From: Centroscyllium fabricii
Lineage: Eukaryota
DNA length: 64,000 nucleotides
Reading direction: 5' to 3'
Assembly: GCA_051313645.2 (NCBI GenBank)
Contig: JBNRSN020000018.1
Span: 18,538,001-18,602,000, forward strand
In this document: positions 37,821-49,597 of the stretch, in pieces
How the letters are laid out: each line of letters opens with the position of its first letter
Numbering within the stretch: position 1 is the first letter of the stretch
Program-made: the position numbers and the translations under genes
Notes under the pieces: generated by a model
Told to the model about the DNA's origin: nothing
The model's database searches: none
What the model saw: only the letters and a program-made list of their open reading frames with translations

Positions 37821-39078
37821 AAATATAGCTGATAGAGAAAGCCAACGTTAGGAAGAAGCGGGACTCCCCACAAACACACGCCAACAAGTTAGCCATCGGT
37901 AGTGCGTTGATGCTGGGCAACACGGTGAGATAACATTTGAATTTAACAAGTTAATCGCCTCCCCCCCACACACAAAGAAAGTAGGAGACTGTCGAGATAA
38001 TTTCAAGTGAAGAAAACAGAAATGGAATGGGCTGAGCGGCCGATATCTGTGCTTGTAAACTAAAGGTGTAGGAGACTTGAGCGACCAGAAAGGTTTGTTC
38101 TGTTGAGCTGTCGGGGCTGAAGAGTTAACGATCCCGTGAGGTCAAAGCAAGTTAAATAAGACCCGGAGTTTCGCTGTGACACAGTCGTTCATTGAAAGAG
38201 GCGAGAGGGGGGTGGGTGGGGGAAATGACCCCGGCAAAGCTATAATAAATACATGGTATATAAATCTATTACTATGTAAATTAATCCGGGGGGGACAAAT
38301 GATGTGCGTTTGGTCAAACTTTTGCTGGGTCTGATTGCAGACAGCAATGTTGTGAAATAAATTCGGCGAGTCAAAGTAGGTAACTGATTCTGAAAGTGAA
38401 ATTGAAGGCGATTCAGTTGTAAATGAGATGGAATTGAATGTGCGGCCCAATGTAATTGACTTGAATTGGTTAACCTGTTAATATGTGGCGCCCGGGCACT
38501 CTTCATCAAATTCTGTGGAGTGAAGGTTGACAAAAGGGCGAAATCATTAAGTGCACGGTGCGAATTGCAAGCCAGACCTTTTTGGGTTGTGTCCTCCCCC
38601 CGCTCCCCTGAAATGTGCCGAGGAGGCGGGGCGGGCTGTGTGGGAGAGACCACCTCTGTTGTCAGTTTATTGGGGAGGATTTAGAGGCTGTGGTCGTTGT
38701 CACGTGAGTGGCGCCAGTCTAATTCAATCAATTAATCCTTACGGTGCATCAGTGTGGGCAGACTTCCTCTGGTGTGCATTTCTCTGGCTGCTGCCAATAA
38801 ACTTTAGCCCACAGGCTCTCGGGTCTTGTTTGTTGATTTAGGCTCTGCCCATCTCTGTCCAGTCTTATTATTAGCAAGTTTACAAGAATGTCTCAAAGTG
38901 TTACATTTGAAGAAAGATAATGACTAGCCTCTAGAACTCCTAAGAGTTCAAATAGTTGCATTGGGCTTTGCATCGCTCTGGATCTTTGATGTATTTGCCA
39001 GTAATTTTAAACAGGTATTGCACACGATCTCTAACTGCCTATTCCCACATCAGCAACCTCTGTTGAACAAACATTTAT

Positions 39079-39300
39079 TTGCAAGAAGTCACACAACACC
39101 AGGTAATAGTCCAACAGTTTTATTTTAAATCACAAGCTTTCGGAGCGCTGCCCCTTCTTCGTCGGGTGAAGTGAAGTTGATTCCAGGGGCAGACGCTCTG
39201 AAAGCTTGTGATTTAAAATAAAACTGTTGGACTATAACCTGGTGTTGTGTGACTTCTTGCATTTGTCCACCCCAGTCCAACACCGGCACCTCCACATCAT
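39079..39300. mobile_element. Penelope-like palindrome (family A)
   Basis: Inverted arms; TGAACAAACATTT duplicated at about 39064 and 39300. Confidence 0.8.
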
Positions 39301-39698
39301 GAACAAACATTTGATTTTGAAGCCCGATAACTAGATTTGAGGGGCAGCGATTGGCCTGATGCTCACTAACAAACCCCGATTTCTTTATCATTTTGATGAT
39401 ATGCTCAGTAATTACATTTCCTCTCCCTTGTCAATACAGTCTAGGTAATATTTCATTAAATCTGTACTACCCCCTCGTCTATGCTCAACTGGTTAGCCTA
39501 AGGGAAACATATATAACATCTAAAGGTGTCCTACTGTGAGCTGAGAGTATTTGGATCATATTGTAATGTACTTTCCTTACCATTAAGCCTCCATTACAGA
39601 CATATAAGACCTATAAAATATTGCAATATGTCATGATGTAATAGCTTATTTAGCAAGAACAGTTGAGTGTGCTATGATTTTAGTTGTAAGGAAGACCT

Positions 39699-40157
39699 AC
39701 ATTTATATAGCAACTTTCATGATGTCAGGACGTCCCACAGTGCTTTACAGCCAATGAAGTACTTTTTAAAGTGTAGTCACCGGGCGGCACGGTGGCACAG
39801 TGATTAGCACTGTTGCCTCACAGCGCTAGGGGCCCGGGTTCAAATCCGGCCTCGGGTGACTATCTGTGTGGAGTTTGCACATTCTCCCCGTGTCTGCGTG
39901 GGTTTCCTCTGGGTGCTCCGGTTTCCTCCCACAGTCCAAAGATGCGCGGGTTAGGTTGATTGGCCAGGATAAATTGACCCTTAGTGTCAGGGGGATTAAA
40001 TATGTGGGGTTACGGGGATAGGGTGGGATATGTGTCGGTGCAGGCTCGATGGGCCGAAATGGCCTCTGTCTGCACTGTAGAGATTCTATGATATTGTAAT
40101 GTAGAAAACGCGGCAGCCATTTTGCGCACAGCAAGCTCCCACAAATAGCAATGTAAT
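39699..40157 (-). mobile_element. Old SINE remnant (DeuSINE/AmnSINE-like with L2-type end) split by a younger SINE
   Basis: CATTTATATAGC...GGACGTCCCA...CAGCCAATGAAGTACTTTT...|...TTGTAATGTAG...GCACAGCAAGCTCCCACAAA; related scraps at about 27643-27730, 36452-36528, 43620-43720 and 53462-53520. Family name is from recall. Confidence 0.5.
39782..40092 (+). mobile_element. Full-length HE1-like SINE (tail type A)
   Basis: GGGCGGCACGGTGGCACAGTG head, B box, core, GCACTGTAGAGATTCTATGAT tail. Confidence 0.9.
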
Positions 40158-40914
40158 TCAATAGATTTGAATAGTTACTGTATCAACAAAAATACATAGG
40201 TAACTCTATAGATGGAGTGGAAACTGGCTAATTTTCCGTGCATTAATTTAAATTTAAAGAGCAAATTTCCGCAGTCACTGATTTACAGTATTGAGTTAAA
40301 ATACATAGAATTGGTAAGTGTTGCAGTCATTAATAAAAGAGAAGAATGGCATTAACTAGCATTGAATGCAGCAGCCTCAGTACAGATTTGCTGACTAGAA
40401 GTGAACTTGCCTCAATGGGACTGGATGAGGTGCTGGCCTGGGTCATGTCGCCTATTCAGGTAGAGTAGCTAGGTAGTGCAGAGAGCCTCCGAGCACGTGC
40501 TATGTATCGGGAGAAATGGTGATGAAGAGGAATGATGGCAGCATTTTAGCAATGGCAAAACAAATAAAATTGCTTGCATAGTTTTAAAATGACTCAACAA
40601 TTTCTTATGATTAATGTCATGCCTTTTGAGTTCATCAAAGGCATAAGTTCAAATGCATCCACACCATAGTAATGTGTTCACTGTACGATTTGGGAAAATC
40701 ATCATTTAACACATGTTCAAGACACTTCAAAGCACTTTGTTCAATTAATTACATTGGAGTACAGTAACTGTTGTTATGTAGGCATTTGGAATATGCAGCC
40801 GAAGATTCATTAGTTTGATGACAGTATTAAAGTAAACCATTAAGTGGTATAGCAGATTTATGACTACAGAAGATTTTGTTTATGCCCTGTACTAAAATAG
40901 CTATTTTTGGTCTT

Positions 40915-41170
40915 AGAAACATTGAAGCATAGAAGATAGGAGCAGGAGTAGGCCATTCGGCCCTTGGAGCCTGCTCCGCCCTTCAATGAGATCATGGCTG
41001 ATCATCCAATCCCAGTATCCCGCCCCTGCCCTCTCCCCATATCCCTCGATCCCTATCGAGCCTGCACCGACACATATCCCACCCTATCCCCGTAACCCCA
41101 TATATTCAATCCCCCTAACATTAAGGGTCAATTTATCATGGCCAATCAACCTAACCCACACATCTTTGGA
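40915..41170 (-). mobile_element. 5'-truncated HE1-like SINE (tail type B)
   Basis: Reverse complement of the family core and tail. Confidence 0.8.
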
Positions 41171-41796
41171 CCCGCACGTCTTACCATTGGAACAGCATTT
41201 TTTCAGTTAGGAAAGGGTTGACTATCATTCTATTGGGCCAGTTTGGTGGATTGTCTCCCACTCATAATGTACATAAGAGGACTTCACTCCTTGCTCCTCA
41301 GTCTGACTTATTATGGGAATCTTCCTGATTGCTGCCTTCTATCGTGGGATTGGGGAAGTGGAGATGGGGGTCCAACCTATAAGAAGGAAAAAGAGATTTA
41401 GAAACTTTCTGAAGGTCCGTTCTCTACTGTGCCGGCACTGTGGAGAACTTGTTTTCAGCTTCGGATCAGTTGAGAAAAGTGACTACTCTTTAGGGGCAGT
41501 TGCAAGCTAGAGTTTGGAAAGCAGACAGCTGCTTTGGCCTTACTCTTTGAAGACACACACCTTGAGCAGAGATGGAGTTGAAGTCATGGGGCACAATGTG
41601 ACAATATACGCTGAAGAAAGATTTGCATTGCGGAAGGGGTGGGGGAGCTGGTGGAAAGTGAACAGCTGAGAAAGCCATTGATTAGGGAACCAGTTTAAGA
41701 TTGGAAGGGCTTGGATTTTCTTTGCCTGAGGCAGTAAGTCAGCAAGTGAGAACCTAGAAAAAAAGTTTCAGTTGTCCTGAGGGATCATAGAAGCAC

Positions 41797-42106
41797 AGAA
41801 ACATAGAAGATAGGAGCAGGAGTAGGCCATTCGGCGCTTCGAGCCTGCTCCGCCATTCAATGAGATCATGGCTGATCATCCAAACCCAATACCCCATCCC
41901 TGCCTTCTCCCCATATCCCTCGATCCCTATCGAGCCTGCACCGACACATATCCCACCCTATCCCCGTAACCCCACACATTCAATCCCCCTAACACTAAGG
42001 GTCAATTTATCCTGGCCAATCAACCTAACCGGCACATCTTTGGACTGTGGGAGGAAACCGGAGCACCTGGAGGAAACCCACACGGGGAGAATGTGCAAAC
42101 TCCACA
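41797..42106 (-). mobile_element. 5'-truncated HE1-like SINE (tail type B)
   Basis: Reverse complement of the family core and tail. Confidence 0.8.
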
Positions 42107-42448
42107 TAGATCAGTGAAGTCCATTCTCCAAATGTAAATGAGGAACTCATTCAAAGTCTATTAATTGGTCCTCAGTTTCTTCGCCAACTAACTGGCCAGG
42201 CAGATGTTGTAGTTGGAGGTGATGGCGAGGTCAAGGTGACATGTTTGCTCACTATCTCACATGCAGCAAGTACAAATATTATACACTGAAAACTGGCGAT
42301 AGGTCAGAAACAATAGTTTACTGTGTCTAGCAGTCAGAGAGAAATATGTACATTTGGTGTTGCCTTTCTGGTTTTTAACAAAAAAAGGGTTTCAGCCATG
42401 GACTCTGCTGAGTTAGCAGTTTTTATCTTGGACAGTGGTTGGGGTGGT

Positions 42449-43390
42449 AACATAGAAACATGGAAGATAGGAGCAGGAGTCGGCCATTCGGCCCCTCGAG
42501 CCTGCTCCGCCATGCAATTAAATCATGGCTGATCATTCAAATTCAGTACCCTGTCCCTGCTTTCTCCCCATATCCCTTGATCCCTTTAGCCTTAAGAAAT
42601 ATATCTAACTCCTTCTTGAATATATTTAATTAATTGACCTCCACCGCCTTATGTGGCAGAGAATTCCACAGGTTCACCACTCTCTGGGTGAAGAAATTCC
42701 TCCTCATCTCTGTCCTAAATGGCTTACCCCTTATCCTTAGCCTGTGGCCCCTGGTTCTGGACTCCCCCACCATCGGGAACATCCTTCCTGAATCTAGTAT
42801 CTCCAGTCCTGTTAGAATTTTATAAGTTTCAATGAGATCCCCTCTCAATCTTCTAAACTCCAGCGAGTACAAGCCCAATCGACCCAGTCTCTCCTCATAC
42901 ATCATTCCTGCCATCCCAGGTATCAGCCTGGTGAATCTTTGCTGTACTCCTTCCATGGCAAGAACAACCTTCCTTAGATAAGGCGACCAAAACTGCACAC
43001 AATACTCAAGATGTGGTCCCACCAAGGCCTTGTACAACTAATAATAATAATAATAATAATAATTCAACTTTATTGTCATTATACAATGTACAAGTACATG
43101 AACAACAAAATGTGATCTTGCAAGCTCCCAAGAGTCCCGCAAAGCCGCTGCGTCTGTGCGCGCCGCCATTCCATCTTTCCATCATTCTGACAATCTTCAG
43201 CCAACCGCCCCTCCCCGGGGCTCCTTTCGTGACCTTCTGCACCTGGTATTCCCTGGTGGTCACCCCTCCAAGTACTAACCAGGCCTGGCTCTGCTTAGCT
43301 TCCAAGCCTTGCCAGTGGCCCTGTCCCTAGCCCCAGGAACTGCAGCAAGACATCCTTGTTCCTGTACTCAAACCCTCTCGCTACGAAGGC
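42449..43390 (-). mobile_element. CR1-clade LINE 3' fragment interrupted by a 5S-derived SINE
   Basis: YKALVGPHLEYCVQFWSPYLRK...RRLRGDLIETYKI...NFFTQRVVNLWNSLP; the LINE resumes at 43342. Confidence 0.85.
43040..43340 (-). mobile_element. 5S-rRNA-derived SINE (SINE3-type)
   Basis: Minus strand 43306-43233 reads CTTGGAAGCTAAGCAGAGCCAGGCCTGGTTAGTACTTGGAGGGGTGACCACCAGGGAATACCAGGTGC, the 5S internal control region; ends AATGACAATAAAGTTGAA(TTA)n. Confidence 0.8.
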
Positions 43391-44712
43391 AGTTGGGTTC
43401 AGCAGCCCTTGGCTGGGGAGAGGAAATAAATCAACAAAGGTTCTTGCTTATAATCATAATCCAGTCATCGTTCCGCCACCCCCCCCCCCACACACAATTG
43501 AAAGTGCCTGTGTTTCAGCATTGGATGAGTACAGAATTAGGCTTAGCTGTGATGTTTTTATAGTTGAATAGCTAGCGACACCATCAAACATAAGAAATAG
43601 GAGCAGGAGTAGGCCATTTGCACAGTAAGCTCCCACAAAACAGCAATGTGATAATGGCCAGATCATCTGTGTTTCTGTGATGTTTGAGTGAGGGATAAAT
43701 ATTAGCCCAGGACAAATTTGAAACAAATTCCTACAGTCAGTGGCAGACAGTTAGTTCCACATGGCAACTCACCAGGGGTTGAACTATCTTCCAGAATAGG
43801 TGAGCAGAAACTCAAGATGCTTTCATATTGCGCAAGTCCCACGACTAGTACCACTGTGTTCCCACGTTGCTGGCCTCAGGCAGACGGCTGTGAACCAAAT
43901 GTAAAACTGCCGACACTTCCTAAGAGCGGCTGCCGCCATTTAAATTTGATCCTTCCCTTTGGGTTTTAGCAACTCCTAAAGCAGTTTTGCATTTATCTTC
44001 CCGCCAGCTGCTCCAGGTCCATGCTTTGAGAACCCGGCAGCATCAGCACGAGATCAAAATATTTAACAATACAAATCTTCAAGCACGATTTTCATGCAAC
44101 ATGTGTGCAATCCGCTTCCAAATTGGAGTTTCATCTCGGCTGTGCAAAACTGCGTGCAGCTGCAACATTCTGGATCCTTAATCCCAAAATTGGTCGCATT
44201 TCCTCCTGTGCAAATTTGGCATTTTTAACCCCTGCATGTGGCGTGTGCCACAATCAATCTGAATGGATTTGTGTGCACCCTTTGTGTGTACAGGGGCTGC
44301 AAGCCGTTTGATAGAAGATGGCTTTTTTCGTGTTATTGACCTAAAAAGGTGGAGGGAACAGGTGAGACCTGGAGAACATCCAAGTCGTATAGTTTGCAAC
44401 ATGATGAGTAGAGTGAACTTTACTGTCTTTGCAATGCTAAGAAGTTTGCTCAGAACATTTCCCAGTTTCCTTTACTTGTTATTTTGCATTATGATAAGAA
44501 CATAAGAGATAGGAGCAGGAGTCGGCCATTCGGCCCCTCGAGCCTGCTCCGCCATTCAATGAGATCATGGCTGATCATCTGCCTCAGCTCCACTTTCTTG
44601 CACTATTCCCATATCCCTTGATTCCCTTAATAGCTAAAAAAATTAAGATCAAGCCCTACATATGGCCACTCGGGTGAGGTACCAGATGATGTCTAGTATC
44701 CAGCATGAGCTA

Positions 44713-45637
44713 CAGACTGAGCACCGTTAATCCAGCGCCCTCGCGACCAGGCCAGTGCCGGACCTCCGAAAATTCGAACCACTGAAGGATCGTGGGAGGG
44801 TGCGGGGGCCACGCGGTAGAACACTCCCCGGGGCCCGGAGCGCGCGGGTAGAACACTCCCCGGGGCCCGAAGCACACGGTGGGACACTCCCCGGGGCCCG
44901 GAGCGTGTGGTAGAACACTCCCCGGGGCCCGAAGCACGCGGTAGAACACTCCCCGGGGCCCAGAGCGCACGGGTAGAACACCCCCCGGGGCTCGGAGCGC
45001 GCGGGTAGAACACTCTCTGGGGCCCGGAGTGCGCAGGTAGAACAGTACCTGTGGCCCGGAGCACGCGGTAGAACACTCCCCGGGACGGAGTGGATGGTGG
45101 CGCAGTGGTTAGCACTGCTGCCTCGCAATAAGGAGCTCCTGGGTTCGAATCCGGCTTGGCCCAGGACCTCTCTGCGTGGAGTTTGCATGTTCTTCCCGTG
45201 TTCATGTGGGTTTCCTCTGGGTACTCCAGTTTCCTCCCACCACCCAAAGACATGCAGGCTAGGTGAATTGGAGATACTAAAAATTGCCCATGAGTATGTG
45301 TGTGAGATATAGTTCGTGGAGTTGGGGGTGTTGGGGGATATGGGTAGGAGGGGGGTGCTGGGTTTGGATGATCAGCCATGATCTCATCAAAATGGCGGAG
45401 CAGGCTCGAAGGGCCGAATGGCCTACTCCTGCTCCTATCTTCTGTGATAGAACACTTACAAAACCTAAAAAAACAGAAACCCAAACGCCCGACGCCTTCA
45501 GCGCTCGCCCACCCTTCGCGGGAAATGGTGGCGCCACCGAGCAGCTGCTCTGCAAAATGAAGAGCGCCGGTTTCCAATCGTGCTGGACCACTGAAGCTGC
45601 CGGACCATCGGGTGCCGGATTACCGGTTCTCAACCTG
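44713..45637. mobile_element. Tigger/pogo-like MITE with 32-bp minisatellite (~10 units) and nested SINE
   Basis: TA|CAGACTGAGCACCGTTAATCC ... GGATTACCGGTTCTCAACCTG; SINE variant at 45092-45445. Confidence 0.75.
45092..45445 (+). mobile_element. tRNA/V-SINE variant nested in the MITE
   Basis: TGGCGCAGTGGTTAGC A box, GGTTCGAATCC B box, diverged core, tail type B. Confidence 0.8.
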
Positions 45638-47034
45638 TTGTACCTTTAGCAATGGATGGGTAGAAATGGAAGAGGAATAGGGAACTTTGGTTGCCTGAGT
45701 GGGTTTAATTTTCTCTTAACCTTAATTTTCTGTATGCAATGGAGAGATTAACACAATTTCACTACTTAAGCACTCTACTTACTTAGTTTGTTTGAAAAAA
45801 ATGGAAGCAAAATGCTTTGAAGGCACAATTGTAAATTTAACAGCCAGGACTGTTTTAGCCATTTAGCTGTTATCTCGTGAGCAGCGCACACAATGTTTTA
45901 CATCCACGCTGGATATAACGCAAAAGATCTACAGAGGGTGTGAAACAAGAAAAAGTGTTCTAAGATCTGTGCAGAACAGTGCTCGAGGCAGTGTTCAGAT
46001 CAACACTTTGACCCATCCATTTGGGCGACACTGTATCGTACTTGGGTGTGATCACAGTGCCTACTCTGTGTCAGCAGTTTCTTTTTTCTGAAACCTTACT
46101 TTTAAGCGTGAAGAAAATGAAGCTATTTAAAGGAATTGAAAAAAACCTAACAGATCAAAGATCTTTTAAAAGCAACGGTTCTAATAAACTGGGAGTTCAA
46201 TTCTCCCACTAAACAGTCCATAACGGGGGGGGGGGGGGGGGGTTCCATTGCGTGACAAGCAGTGCAGCACATCAGAACAAGAAAGAAACCCTTTCCAAGA
46301 TACTTGGCGGCAGTTGTTAAGGAAATGAGTCTGTCTAATAATTCTGTACAGTCACATTACGCATCGTTTGTGGTAGCTGAATTCAGTTGTCAGAACCGGG
46401 TTGGGAACTAAAAAAGGTGGAGTCCACTGTTGATGAAGTTGGTAAAATGTTCCGTTCTTTTTGATGCTACACCATTGTTAATCAAGGGAAATGTTTCAAA
46501 TATGCAGTCATTTCCTGACATTTACCACACAAACTATTATTGTTTTAGATTGAGCGCTCTAAAACGCCTTAAGATTGAGGCCCTTCTTGATTCTGTACTT
46601 AAAGGCTCATCGGCCTGAAAATCAGCCTTGCTAATCCCTGTGGTGCGATGTCCTGAAGGTGTTAGTTTTCCACTTAAAACCTGATTGACAGCTGTTGAAG
46701 TTACCTAGTAGTGCGTCTGAAGACTGGAATTGAGCAACGGAATTGTAAATGAGGACGAGCTTAGATAGTACTCCTGGAAACTCGAGAACATTCCTTTTCT
46801 CGTGCTCTGGTATTGTAACATTTTCTGTGACAATACTGTGTAAAAGGCACAGACGGGCAAACATAAGGAGCACCTCGGGTTTAGACAGTAAATGTTTCTG
46901 TTTTGATTTCAAATAGCAGATTTTCTATTTTCTAGCTACTTGTTCGTATGTACAATACACAGAATGTATTATTGAAAAATATTGTCACAAACCAAATTCA
47001 GCAAGCTGTACTTTTTGTTGTAGTAAACCTAGTA

Positions 47035-47779
47035 CAGGTTGAAGTTCGTTAATCCGGCACCCGAAAAACCGGCAGCTTCAGTCGTTCGGCACAGATTTTC
47101 CCGACTGCCCGGCACATGCGCAGACAATTCAAAATGGCTGCCGTCGGGGCTGGGCTTCCCTTTCACCTAACATATACTCACTGGATCCCGGCTTAGTGAC
47201 CACCCCGATGCCGATGGTCAATCCCAGGCCCAGAAGATGAGCTGTTGTGCCAGCCGCCTTTCGCAGGACGCGATACAGGCAATTCTCGGTGCCCATCGCT
47301 GCCGGAGGCTCCTGCCTGGCTGCGTGCTGACGTCACCGCGCTCCGAAGCTGGCGTGCGGTGGCGTCACGTGAGCCGGGCTTGAGCCGCGCATTGGGCCTC
47401 AGGCCCGCTGGAGCCGTGCAGGCCGATCCCTGATCCGCAGCAGAATCGATGGCTGCGTGCTGACATCACCGCGTTCCGAAGCTGGCGCGCGGTGGCGTCA
47501 CGTGAGCTGGGCTTGAGCCGCGCATTGGGCCTCAGGCCCGCTGGAGCCGTGCAGCCCGCTCCCCGACCCGCAGCAGAATCGAGTGCGAGTTCCACCCGAC
47601 CCTTGGGCTGAAAATCAGCTTCCAGATACCGGCGAGCGCATGTGCAGAGCATTTAAAATTTTGCGGTGGCCATTTTGAATGCTCTGCGCATGCGCCGCCG
47701 TGGCTTTAATAATTCGGCGTTTTCAACAATCCGGCCGGGTGCTGGTCCCGACCCTGCTGGATTAACGAACTTCAACCTG
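47035..47779. mobile_element. Tc1/mariner (Tigger/pogo-like) MITE, 745 bp
   Basis: Perfect 21-bp TIR CAGGTTGAAGTTCGTTAATCC, TA on both sides, internal ~133-bp tandem duplication (about 47318-47582), no transposase. Confidence 0.9.
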
Positions 47780-48172
47780 TAGTAATATTTTACAGATCAA
47801 GAGGTTACACACAGTTCAGTTCCCAGTCTGTAGTGAGTTCGCTCATCTTCGCTGAGAAAGCAGTTGGGTTGTTAAAATTTAGCCTCCGCGACCTTGCGTT
47901 AGGAAAGGGAACGATGAGATGGAGTTCTAACTCCTGATAGCGATTCAGGGAATCCCGCTGGAAAGTTTGTGCGTGTATGTGTGAGTACAGCATTGGGTTC
48001 GGCCCTCTGTAGTTGAATAGCCTGCCAATACTCACTGTCTAGACTCGCACGTGCAGGGTGGCATCTTCAGTGAGAGCTGCCCGTGCCCATAGAACCATAC
48101 CTCAGCAAAGGTCAGCACTTACAACAGAGGAAATAGTAGGTTTGGGGAGGAGGGGGGAAATAAAATATAACA

Positions 48173-49262
48173 CCGGTTGAGCCTCATTAACCTGGCACCC
48201 TTGGAACCAGGCCGGTGCCAGACCATTGAAAATTTGGGGGTAGAACACTTCCCGAGGCCCAGACCGTGTGGGTAGAACGCTCCCTGGGGCCCGGAGTGCG
48301 CGGGTAGAACACTCCCTGGCGCCTGGAGCACGCGGGTAGAACACTCCCTGGGGCCCGGAGCGCGCGGGTAGAACACTCCCTGAAGCCTGGAGCGCGCGGG
48401 TAGAACACTCCCCGGGGCCTGGAGCGCGTGGGTAGAACACTCCCTGGGGCTCGGAGCGCGCGGGTAGAACACTCCCTGGCGCCTGGAGTGCGCTGGTAGA
48501 ATGCTCCCCGGGGCCCGGAGCGCGTGGGTAGAAAGCTCCCCGGGGCCTGGAGCGCGTGGGTAGAATGCTCCCTGGGGCCCGGAGCGCGTGGGTAGACCAC
48601 TCCCCGGGGCCCGGAGTGCGCGGGTAGAACACTCGCTGGGGCCCGGAGTGTGCGGGTAGAACACTCACCGGGACCAGGAGCGTGCGGGTAGAACACTCCC
48701 CAGGGCCTGGAGCGCGCGGGTAGAACACTCCCTGAGGCCTGGAGCGCGCGGGTAGAACACTCCCCGGGGCCTGGAGCGCGCGGGTAGAACACTCCCTGGG
48801 GCCCGGAGCGCATGGGTAGAACACTCCCCAGGACCAGGAGCGCGCGGGTAGAACACTCCCCGGGAGGGAGCCCGGGGATAAAACACTCCCTGGGGCCTGG
48901 AGCGCATGGGTAGAACACTCCCCGGGGCCCGGAGCGCGCGGGTAGAACACTCCCCGGGGCCCGGAGCGCGCGGGTAGAACGCTCCCCGGGGCCTGGAGCG
49001 CGCGGGTAGAACGCTCCCCGGGGCCTGGAGCGCGCGGGTAGAACGCTCCCCGGGGCCTGGAGTGCGCGTGTAGAACACTTCCCGGGAGGGAGCCCGGGGA
49101 TAGAACACTAAAAAGCAGAAACCCAAATGCCCGATGCTTTCGGCGTTTAACCACCCTTCGCGTGTAACAGTGGCGTCGCCGAGCGGTTGCTCCGCAAACT
49201 GAAGACCGCCGGTTTCGATTCGGGCTGGACCATCGGGTGCCGGATTACCGGTGCTCAACCTG
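48173..49262. mobile_element. Tigger/pogo-like MITE with expanded 32-bp minisatellite
   Basis: Degenerate left TIR CCGGTTGAGCCTCATTAACC, right TIR GGATTACCGGTGCTCAACCTG|TA; same family as 44713 and 52600. Confidence 0.8.
48238..49108. repeat. GC/CpG-rich minisatellite, 32-bp unit, ~28 copies
   Basis: Consensus GGGTAGAACACTCCCCGGGGCCCGGAGCGCGC; TAGAAC-like anchors every 32 bp from 48241, with two 30-bp variants. Confidence 0.95.
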
Positions 49263-49297
49263 TATCTGAAAAGTATCTTTTCTTTCTTCATCTATAG

Positions 49298-49597
49298 ATT
49301 AACCGGCCACTGACCATGAAGAAAGAGGGAATCCAGACTCGGAACAGGAAAATGTCCAGCAAATCCAAGAAAAGCAAAAAGACCCACGATGGTCTGGATG
49401 AGTTTTCAAAAAGCCTCATGGACAAGGCCAGTTCTTTCAGTCCCACGGCTCTCACGAGACACATGTCCCCGATTCACCATATTCCACCCTTCAGCCACTC
49501 TGGCCACATGCTGACGACGCCAACACCAATGCATCCATCTTCCAGCCTGTCCTTCGGACCTCACCACCCCTCGAGTATGGTCACCGCGATGGGCTAG
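49298..49597 (+). CDS. GATA3: GATA3 last coding exon (basic tail and C-terminus)
   Basis: Polypyrimidine tract plus CTATAG|; [25 protein letters not shown]...[17 protein letters not shown] then TAG at 49595-49597. Spliced CDS is 235+540+146+126+300=1347 nt, 448 aa. Confidence 0.96.
   Translation: MNRPLTMKKEGIQTRNRKMSSKSKKSKKTHDGLDEFSKSLMDKASSFSPTALTRHMSPIHHIPPFSHSGHMLTTPTPMHPSSSLSFGPHHPSSMVTAMG

Noticed and set aside
39782-39855. tRNA genes at the SINE heads
   Set aside because: A and B boxes are present but always continue into the SINE core and LINE-like tail.
43233-43306. 5S rRNA gene (also 54828-54902)
   Set aside because: Lacks the first ~45 nt of 5S, is diverged, has no T-run terminator, and sits inside a repeated retroposon.
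44693-45577. 294-aa minus-strand ORF
   Set aside because: It reads through the MITE arm, nested SINE and minisatellite; not a gene.
48238-49108. CRISPR-like look of the 32-bp repeat, and of the dispersed palindromes
   Set aside because: Units are contiguous with no unique spacers, there are no cas genes, and the context is a spliced vertebrate gene.
48102-49291. Long minus-strand ORFs (350, 243, 208 and 181 aa)
   Set aside because: They are translations of the stop-poor 32-bp minisatellite, open in several frames with a 32-aa periodicity, and show no protein domain.
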